DNA of 64,000 nucleotides from a virus (Duplodnaviria; Heunggongvirae; Uroviricota; Caudoviricetes): IMG/VR virus record IMGVR_UViG_3300032296_003759; one strand, 5' to 3'. Shown piece by piece: positions 57,710 to 64,000 of this stretch (position 1 is its first letter; each line of letters starts with the position of its first letter). The notes under the pieces were generated by a model. It saw only the letters and a program-made list of their open reading frames with translations, ran no database searches and was not told where the DNA came from. The position numbers and the translations under genes were made by a program.

Positions 57710-58072
57710 TTATACACCAAATTTATTCTCAACTATAGTACAGAGAAATCTAAGATTGTTTAAAGGAAATCCTTCATCCTCTAACATCTTCTTATTCCAT
57801 TCTATTTTATCCATAGCTTCACCTCTTATAGTAAAGTCTACAAATTCATATGGACAAAGAGAAGCAGGTATTTCTAGAATTCTTTTTACAAGATCTGATC
57901 TATAGTTATTAAGACTATTTTTTATTTCTTGTATTTCTTCTTCAGTTTGCTTTAATGCACTGATCTTTGACTTTTTATCATGATCAATAAAAGTAAACTG
58001 TCTAGACTGACCATCAAGATCAGTATATGCTTCTGCAGATGTATAGTGACTTGAAAGTTTATCAGTTGACAT
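57710..58072 (-). CDS. hypothetical protein (120 aa)
   Basis: ORF. Confidence 0.45.
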   Translation of the reverse strand: MSTDKLSSHYTSAEAYTDLDGQSRQFTFIDHDKKSKISALKQTEEEIQEIKNSLNNYRSDLVKRILEIPASLCPYEFVDFTIRGEAMDKIEWNKKMLEDEGFPLNNLRFLCTIVENKFGV

Positions 58073-58355
58073 TTTCCTCTACATTTTTAATTTCATCTAA
58101 TTTAGATTGCTCTTCAGTATTTAATCTCTCTAATTCTTTCTGTAGATTCTCCATTGCTTCATTTCTCTTAACTTCTTGTTCTTGGAGATACTTTTCATAT
58201 TCTTCCTGTAAACTTTCTGCAGCAAGTGTGAAGTATCTAATGTCATGTTGAGCTTTCCAGTATCTAGCTTTAAGTTCTAGATCTACTACTTGAAGTCTCA
58301 TCATTTCTTGTTCCTCTGTCATTTTGGAGACAGCTCCGTTTGTTTTCTGTTTCAT
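58062..58355 (-). CDS. hypothetical coiled-coil protein (97 aa)
   Basis: ORF with heptad-like E/K/Q-rich sequence. Confidence 0.45.
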   Translation of the reverse strand: MKQKTNGAVSKMTEEQEMMRLQVVDLELKARYWKAQHDIRYFTLAAESLQEEYEKYLQEQEVKRNEAMENLQKELERLNTEEQSKLDEIKNVEENVN

Positions 58356-58708
58356 TTTTGTTGATTTTTGTTTTTTAAATTTATTACCTTATAATTCTTA
58401 GGGCTTATTGCTATTGGGTTATAACTATGATTAAAATCAAAAGGATGTTTTGATAAACTATTTGTACTATTTATATTCTTATTTTTAGTATCATATGGAA
58501 ATCTATTCATATGTAGTTCTAAGTCATTATTCATAAAGTCTGGAATATACTTCTTATTTATATATGCTAAAACTATCATCTCCACTCTATCCTTATCTTC
58601 TTCATGATGACAGAGTATTTCATACGCTAACCTTATAAGCTCTTCATCATCTGAGGCAAGCATATCTTTTATCTTTTTAAATAATTTCACTTCCATCAAT
58701 AGTTCCAA
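58352..58708 (-). CDS. hypothetical protein (118 aa)
   Basis: ORF. Confidence 0.45.
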   Translation of the reverse strand: MELLMEVKLFKKIKDMLASDDEELIRLAYEILCHHEEDKDRVEMIVLAYINKKYIPDFMNNDLELHMNRFPYDTKNKNINSTNSLSKHPFDFNHSYNPIAISPKNYKVINLKNKNQQK

Positions 58709-59256
58709 TTTGGATTATCTGAATTTTCCCATTCAAATAGTAAACCTCCTTGATTTTTAAAATCATACTCTTCTACAAAGAAGTCAGGTTTAAAAATACT
58801 GTTTTTTTCTCTATAGAGTGTTCCAAATCTGTATTGATCAGGTTCCATAAGACCTCTAATAGAGAGTCTTAGTTTTTCAAAGTTAAAACCTCTTATAGTT
58901 CCTGAATCTAGAAACAAGTACTTTGATCCTGATTCTATATTTTTTTCTGCCCAATATTTTAAATACTGATCATAAGTCTGATACCTTTTTTGATCATAGT
59001 TATAAATCTGATTCATTATTGGATAAGGCATTTCTAAATCTAATCTATCATATAGTTGATTATCATTTAGATATGATAACTTATGATTTAGATGCACAGA
59101 AAGAGTTGATGTATAATCTGGAGAACAGTTTACTATATATGTATCTTTATCTATCCAATTAGATTCTTTTATCTGATTGCACAATTTTTGTATATCAGAG
59201 ATTTCTTTTTTATAGGATATGAAAAAGTACTTATTCTCCATCTTGATTTTTTTCAC
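58696..59256 (-). CDS. hypothetical protein (186 aa)
   Basis: ORF. Confidence 0.45.
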   Translation of the reverse strand: MKKIKMENKYFFISYKKEISDIQKLCNQIKESNWIDKDTYIVNCSPDYTSTLSVHLNHKLSYLNDNQLYDRLDLEMPYPIMNQIYNYDQKRYQTYDQYLKYWAEKNIESGSKYLFLDSGTIRGFNFEKLRLSIRGLMEPDQYRFGTLYREKNSIFKPDFFVEEYDFKNQGGLLFEWENSDNPNWNY

Positions 59257-59695
59257 CTTCTTCTAGTTTCTTTCTTAACATATCTAAAACATCCTTCTCA
59301 GATAACTTTAATATTTGTACTCCAGCTTTGCTACCTGATTTCTTTTTCTTCTTTGTTGCTATCTCTTCATCTGCATGATAATTCTCCATAAAGGTCTCTA
59401 GAGATTCTCTAAATTCCTCTTTAGGCATTGGTACAATAAATGCACCAGAGTTTAAGAATAATACATTACATGCATCAAAGATCCCTTTTTTAGCATTCTC
59501 AAATGAGCTATCCGTTGGTAGCCATCTATCAGATACTGATAAGAAATCATAATATGGACATTCTGCTTCTGCATATATAATATCAGGATCTTCATTTTCA
59601 AGTGTCAATCCTAACATTTCACTGTCCTTAATTTTTCTGTCCTCCACACTACCATCAATGAGGATAATGGGAAATTTGAATAGTTCTTTTGTCAT
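59231..59695 (-). CDS. hypothetical acidic protein (154 aa)
   Basis: ORF, strongly acidic. A variant promoter motif TAATTTTGGAAATTA lies upstream at 59719-59735. Confidence 0.45.
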   Translation of the reverse strand: MTKELFKFPIILIDGSVEDRKIKDSEMLGLTLENEDPDIIYAEAECPYYDFLSVSDRWLPTDSSFENAKKGIFDACNVLFLNSGAFIVPMPKEEFRESLETFMENYHADEEIATKKKKKSGSKAGVQILKLSEKDVLDMLRKKLEEGEKNQDGE

Positions 59696-59738
59696 ATTAC
59701 AAATATATAGATATTAAATTTAATTTCCAAAATTATTT

Positions 59739-60113
59739 TTAGATAATTTTATACATTATAGCAAATGAGTTAAACATACCAGCTGTAGTCTGTATTTCAA
59801 GTATAGAACCAGGATTTGATCTAGTTGCAAACTCTTTTTCTAACCTACATGCATCTTTTAACATAAATGTAAGTTTTTCTAGTTTATCCTTCTCTACATA
59901 GTCTTTCATCAGATCTGTCATGTTTTCTGCTAGATTGGCCATTGACATACACTTACCATGTGGATATATATCATTTCTAAGATCATCTACCGTTTCCTCT
60001 AGAAGATCACTTATATCCTGGAATACCTCAGATATTCTAAGTTTCTTCTCAGCCTTCATATCGTCTGATTTTGAGATAAACTCAAATATCATCTTCATTA
60101 TATCTAACCACAT
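59739..60113 (-). CDS. hypothetical protein (124 aa)
   Basis: ORF. Confidence 0.45.
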   Translation of the reverse strand: MWLDIMKMIFEFISKSDDMKAEKKLRISEVFQDISDLLEETVDDLRNDIYPHGKCMSMANLAENMTDLMKDYVEKDKLEKLTFMLKDACRLEKEFATRSNPGSILEIQTTAGMFNSFAIMYKII

Positions 60114-60114
60114 G

Positions 60115-60876
60115 TTATAATAGTATTTTTGATATTAGTATTCCTGCGCCTACTGCTATAAGTATCTTAGGTAACATATATTTCTTTGGAGGTACATAAA
60201 TGTATGACTTTTGCCACGTTGTATTAAATAATGGGGAACTATGCATGGTTTGTACTTCATAACTCTTATTTTTATAGAACTGAATCTTTTTAGATCCAAT
60301 CTCTCTACGTTTAAAGAATCCACCTTTTACCTCTACAACTCTAGTATGCATGGTGTCTACTATCTTAAGTGTATCAATAGTTAGTTGATTTCTACCTATA
60401 GTAAATGTAGCATCTAATCCAAGACTATCCAACTTAGCAGTTCTAGGTACACTAATTGTACTATCCCTCATATATAATAACACATCCTTACACAATAACA
60501 TTATACTATCCGAGAATTTCTTCATTCCTGGTGTATCTAAATATGGTACTGGTACATCATGTACCTCTACCTCAACTCTTGATTTCCAATACGCTATAGT
60601 AGCAGCTATCTGCTTCTCATGTTTACGATTCAACTTAAATATACTATCAGCATATCTACTTAGTTCCTCTTTTGATTGTACAATCTCAGCTTCCTGTGAA
60701 GTTACCTTTTGTCCCAGCTTATTCGTCAAAGTATACAAACTGTCGTTAGTACCCTGCAATAAACTAAGTTTAGTATTCAGATCGTTAATCTCATCATTAT
60801 CACAAGATCTAAGTAAAAAGAAAAACATAACAAGTATGGCCAAAGCTAGCCCAAGTGTAACATTTATATTCTTCAT
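60115..60876 (-). CDS. membrane protein with N-terminal signal peptide/lipobox-like Cys, coiled coil and C-terminal TM anchor (u-spanin-like architecture); start at the ATG at 60876 rather than the track's TTG at 60900
   Basis: MKNINVTLGLALAILVMFFFLLRSCDND ... C-terminal LPKILIAVGAGILISKILL. First gene after the divergent promoter region. Confidence 0.4.
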   Translation of the reverse strand: MKNINVTLGLALAILVMFFFLLRSCDNDEINDLNTKLSLLQGTNDSLYTLTNKLGQKVTSQEAEIVQSKEELSRYADSIFKLNRKHEKQIAATIAYWKSRVEVEVHDVPVPYLDTPGMKKFSDSIMLLCKDVLLYMRDSTISVPRTAKLDSLGLDATFTIGRNQLTIDTLKIVDTMHTRVVEVKGGFFKRREIGSKKIQFYKNKSYEVQTMHSSPLFNTTWQKSYIYVPPKKYMLPKILIAVGAGILISKILL

Positions 60877-61135
60877 AATAAAATTTTCACAAATATACAA
60901 ATTAATCTTAATTGTGAAAAATTTTTTTTCGTAAAATTTTTTTCTCCCCCACTTGGTTGGATTGATGAACTTTTGGATGATACCCCTACCTAAAAGTTAC
61001 ATGTGTGTGATTTTGGGGAGGTGATAAGATTTGACCCCCTATGACTTGGCGAGGCTTGGGCCTACCCCCTAGGTTAGGCATGCAAGGCCAAGGAATGGGT
61101 CAGTCAAAATATTAAATAATCTTAAAAACTAGAAC
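60877..61135. promoter_or_regulatory. divergent switch region between the minus-strand module and the plus-strand early module
   Basis: Contains the inverted repeat TTTTCACAA-n19-TTGTGAAAA (60884-60920) and a -7 box TATATTTG (60890-60897, minus sense). A GC-rich block (60941-61110) carries four C4-5T(A) repeats and GCATGC / CCTAGG palindromes. Confidence 0.55.
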
Positions 61136-61336
61136 ATGACACAGGAACAAGTAACAAACAAGATCACTTTGATCCTTTTCCAATCACTATTTAATGATAC
61201 ATGCATTGGACATGATGAAGATGGCAATGCAGTTGTAGTTATGAAAGATAGTGATGATCCTATTGGAGCTAAGATATCTAATGAGTCAATTGTATTGGCT
61301 CTTAGAACTATAGCAGATCAGATAGAGAAAGGATAG
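61136..61336 (+). CDS. small early protein (66 aa)
   Basis: ORF, first gene of the plus-strand module. Confidence 0.45.
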   Translation: MTQEQVTNKITLILFQSLFNDTCIGHDEDGNAVVVMKDSDDPIGAKISNESIVLALRTIADQIEKG

Positions 61337-61429
61337 GTGGACATCCCAAGCTTAAGTGTGTAGTGGAGTCGTAACCACACTTGGGAACTAAACTTCTGGG
61401 CGGAGTTATAAAACCCACAAAACAACAAG

Positions 61430-61633
61430 ATGAACAATAGTTCAAAATTCAAAGCAGTTGTTGCAACTGTAGCATTTCCATTCTTATGGGCATTACTGGG
61501 TACAATGTTATACAAGGTAATGACTATGTTAAATGATGGGATTCCAGATCCAAACAACAAAATTGGAGCAGGATTTGTAGCTATTATAATCCTCATTGTT
61601 TCTTATGTGATCTTTTTCACACCAGAGGATTAA
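61430..61633 (+). CDS. small membrane protein (67 aa, two predicted TM helices)
   Basis: Hydrophobic stretches AVVATVAFPFLWALLG and FVAIIILIVSYVIFF. Confidence 0.5.
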   Translation: MNNSSKFKAVVATVAFPFLWALLGTMLYKVMTMLNDGIPDPNNKIGAGFVAIIILIVSYVIFFTPED

Positions 61634-61692
61634 GAGTTTTTGATCTGTACCTTATGTAAACTAACATTCATTAATCATTTAAATTAAAACAA

Positions 61693-62100
61693 ATGGCAAA
61701 AACAATTGTCCAAAGAGAAAGAGCATTTCAAATCAGCTATGAAGCTATACCTAATAGGTGTAGATTCACTTATCCTGTAAGTGCTGAATTTATCAAACTT
61801 ACATTCTCTCATCTAGAAGATGTAAGAGAAATTGATCTTGGGTGCATAAGAGGTAAATTTGAGAAACTCAAGAAGAGATGGTACTATGTACTAGATGCTA
61901 AGGTTGATACCAATAAGCCAGAAAAGGAATATATGCCATTTCTAGATACTTATGTAAAGGTACAACTTTATGTAGATGCAGACTTTACTAGAATTCAGCA
62001 AACCATGAAAGTATTTAAGCTGGTGTCTAAAGAAAGCTGGAACACTGCATACTTCATTGCAGTATATCATTCATTTGATGCAATTAAGCAGAAATCTTGA
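61693..62100 (+). CDS. hypothetical early protein (135 aa)
   Basis: ORF. TAATCATT motif 13 nt upstream of the ATG. Confidence 0.5.
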   Translation: MAKTIVQRERAFQISYEAIPNRCRFTYPVSAEFIKLTFSHLEDVREIDLGCIRGKFEKLKKRWYYVLDAKVDTNKPEKEYMPFLDTYVKVQLYVDADFTRIQQTMKVFKLVSKESWNTAYFIAVYHSFDAIKQKS

Positions 62101-62154
62101 TGTTGTTAACCTATGTTAAATACCAATATTTATTAATCATTAAACTAAAAAAAC

Positions 62155-62343
62155 ATGAAAGGTTGGAAAATCTTTGAAAAGGTAATGTATGTATGTGCAT
62201 TCCTTTGTGTATTTGCTATTGTAGACCAATTAGAAGTCTGCACATGGGAATTTGCCAAGTCTCAAATCCACAAGGCTATGGTCTTCTGTAGTATTGGTGG
62301 AGTTGCCTTTATATTAAGGCGTTTATTTGAGACATGTGATTAG
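62155..62343 (+). CDS. small membrane protein (62 aa)
   Basis: ORF with TM segments. TAATCATT motif 13 nt upstream of the ATG. Confidence 0.5.
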   Translation: MKGWKIFEKVMYVCAFLCVFAIVDQLEVCTWEFAKSQIHKAMVFCSIGGVAFILRRLFETCD

Positions 62344-62425
62344 TGTCCTGAAGATTCTGTAAGGATGAATCCTGATGTGTCTACATCGGGAAGACACTTA
62401 TTCATTAACTAAAAAACCAATTAAA

Positions 62426-62947
62426 ATGCAATTAAAGTGCAAAGGTTACCATTACCTAATAAATGGTCAAAACATCTGGCTTGAAGATAAGTTAGATGTA
62501 AACAATTTCATCTCTAAAGAGGAGTTTGAATTGGCTATTACTCCAGACAAGAATGACAATGATTATGACAAACTGGTATCTAAACTGGCTGTCCATATGG
62601 GCACTAGGAATAAGATTACTGGCAACTTTGTGGATCTGTATTTCTTTAAGAATATAGTTTCTGCAGTCATAATAATTATATTCTTGGCATCTTGTAGTTC
62701 TGGTTCAAAGCCAAAAGCTCCAGTAAACAAGGGGAAAGAATTTGTTATTGTTCCTATGGAGGAGGATAATGAAGGAAGACCTTTGTTCACTATGAAAAGA
62801 AGTGGTGATACTGCTGCATATGAATATATGTATGCAGAAGAGGTTGTTGCTTCAATGATCAGAGATACAATTGTTGTAGATGAGATGTTACATCTCTGTG
62901 ACAATCCTCTTGATGAAGATGATTGTTGGAAAAACCAGGTTAAGTAA
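62426..62947 (+). CDS. hypothetical early protein (~173 aa; start moved to the ATG at 62426, MQLKCKGYHY...), with an internal lipoprotein-type signal/lipobox (LASC)
   Basis: The A-rich leader ttcattaactaaaaaaccaattaaaATG matches the leaders of other early genes. The internal segment MGTRNK...AVIIIIFLASCSSGS resembles a lipoprotein signal peptide. Confidence 0.4.
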   Translation: MQLKCKGYHYLINGQNIWLEDKLDVNNFISKEEFELAITPDKNDNDYDKLVSKLAVHMGTRNKITGNFVDLYFFKNIVSAVIIIIFLASCSSGSKPKAPVNKGKEFVIVPMEEDNEGRPLFTMKRSGDTAAYEYMYAEEVVASMIRDTIVVDEMLHLCDNPLDEDDCWKNQVK

Positions 62948-62990
62948 ACCAGTTTGGGACATTGTGGTGGTTCGATTCCGCCACTGGTTC
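62947..62990 (+). ncRNA. tRNA-like minihelix: 7-bp acceptor stem (AACCAGT/ACTGGTT) plus canonical T-arm (GGTGG-TTCGATT-CCGCC) and discriminator C; no D or anticodon arms
   Basis: Read directly. It begins at the last base of the stop codon of the preceding early gene. Confidence 0.4.
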
Positions 62991-63115
62991 AATGGGGTAG
63001 TACACAACCTATCAAAAGTGTACAGTTTTAAGCACTGTTCTAGACTAAAGAACGTGGCACTAACCTAGGTCTAAGCACCTAATCATTCATTTTAAACAAT
63101 TAAAAACTAAAAAAC

Positions 63116-64000
63116 ATGGAAAACAATTTCCAAACCACAGATTTTATTAAGACATCAAATTTTATCTGTGTACAAAACGCAGGTCACATTACTCCTGAAG
63201 ATCTCATGTTGATCGGTAGCTCTACAAAGAGAGATGCAGTTGGCAAGATTGGATTCTTTGGTAGTGGCTGGAAGTATGCTCTGGCAGTATTGATGAAACA
63301 TGGTGCTAAACCAATTATCTTTTCTGGAAATGAACAGATAAATATTGGTATAGAGATTGTAGATCACCGTGGAATTGATGCTGAAGTAATTACAATTAAT
63401 GGGCAGAGAACCAGCTTGACTACTGGAATGGGTCCAAAATGGTTAATGTGGCAGGCATTTAGGGAGATATTCTCTAACGCTATAGATGAGGGTAATCATC
63501 ATATCTATGGATCTAATAATCCATATGGTACAGATGGTGTAACCAGAGTTTATATTCCTAATATACCTGCAATCAAAGATGTCATGGACAACTTTGACAC
63601 ATATTTTACCTTCCAATTAGAGCCTGACTTTACAGACAAGGATGGGACAAAGCTGTTTATATGGGATAAAAAGCAACCTGATACATTTCATTTCAGAAAA
63701 GGTATTAGGTGCTATGAAAATATTGGCAAAGCCAGTAATTATAGCATAGATTTTGCTGAAATCAACATTAATGAACAGCGTATTGCAGACTCCTGGTGGG
63801 TAAGAAATAAAAGTAAGGAATTCTTTGACAATGTAACAGATCCTAAGATTGCAAGATGGATGTTCTTGAATGTAGATGATAGTTATATGGCTCATGAATT
63901 AAATGATACATTCAGAAAGGTTATCCGTGAAATGCAAGATGATGAAGATTTCAGATTTGTTACAAGTGGAATCAAGCGTGTCTTTGGTGATCTCTTCTTA
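63116..64000 (+). CDS. 5'-partial view of a long early ORF (>294 aa, runs off window end); unknown function
   Basis: ATG at 63116 with an A-rich leader and a TAATCATT motif upstream. Contains IGFFGSGWKYALAV and SNAIDEG motifs. Confidence 0.5.
   Translation, partial: MENNFQTTDFIKTSNFICVQNAGHITPEDLMLIGSSTKRDAVGKIGFFGSGWKYALAVLMKHGAKPIIFSGNEQINIGIEIVDHRGIDAEVITINGQRTSLTTGMGPKWLMWQAFREIFSNAIDEGNHHIYGSNNPYGTDGVTRVYIPNIPAIKDVMDNFDTYFTFQLEPDFTDKDGTKLFIWDKKQPDTFHFRKGIRCYENIGKASNYSIDFAEININEQRIADSWWVRNKSKEFFDNVTDPKIARWMFLNVDDSYMAHELNDTFRKVIREMQDDEDFRFVTSGIKRVFGDLFL

Noticed and set aside
61318-61596. Minus-strand 92-aa ORF overlapping two plus-strand early genes.
   Set aside because: It lies antisense to a well-supported early gene and an intergenic hairpin, with no upstream motif, so it is likely spurious.
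62940-63000. A complete tRNA gene at the T-arm-containing element.
   Set aside because: Only an acceptor stem and T-arm can be folded. No D-arm or anticodon arm fits (12 nt between the stems), and no U33/anticodon loop is present. It is kept as a tRNA-like minihelix instead.
62947-63060. Integration module (attP plus integrase).
   Set aside because: No integrase or recombinase-like ORF is adjacent. The plus-strand neighbours are small early proteins. The attP interpretation is kept only as one hypothesis for the tRNA-like element.
63116-64000. Confident GHKL ATPase annotation of the partial early ORF.
   Set aside because: The motifs occur in the wrong order for a canonical Bergerat fold. 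It is kept only as a low-interest observation.

Overview
This window looks like a densely packed, AT-rich tailed-phage genome segment. Roughly 61 kb of co-oriented minus-strand genes (1..60876) meet a short divergently transcribed plus-strand early module (61136..64000) at a GC-richer non-coding switch region (60877..61135). From high to low coordinates the minus-strand genes run: about 12 small genes, then TerL (52704..54935), a 924-aa portal candidate, an acidic Q-rich scaffold-like protein, a 563-aa capsid candidate, and head/tail and Thr/Cys-rich fibre-like proteins. A tRNA-Cys and a small accessory cassette follow, then a metallophosphoesterase, and finally a ~35 kb block of giant proteins (up to 2518 aa). 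Those giant proteins carry SLT plus M23 lysin domains, an HExxH motif, a caspase-like His/Cys dyad and a RecB-like nuclease motif, which points to tail or ejected cargo proteins. No Shine-Dalgarno sequences are visible and pre-ATG leaders are A-rich. Recurrent TAnnTTTG -7 boxes, a DUF1573-like protein and lipobox lipoproteins suggest a Bacteroidota host and a crAss-like architecture, but I could not confirm crAss identity and no virion-RNAP DxDGD motif was found. The most system-like novelty is the self-contained accessory cassette (35736..37145). It has its own promoter-like motifs and terminators and encodes a tRNA-Cys, a 30-aa Pro/Lys-rich peptide, an 81-aa ORF, a 44-aa lipoprotein, a minimal CPBP/Abi intramembrane protease and a 59-aa HTH protein; three of those ORFs are missing from the supplied track. 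Other points of interest are a tRNA-like minihelix (acceptor stem plus T-arm only) directly after an early-gene stop codon, a GC-rich CCCCCT-repeat region at the strand switch, and two recurrent promoter-like motif families (late and early). All calls are from manual reading; nothing was searched against databases.
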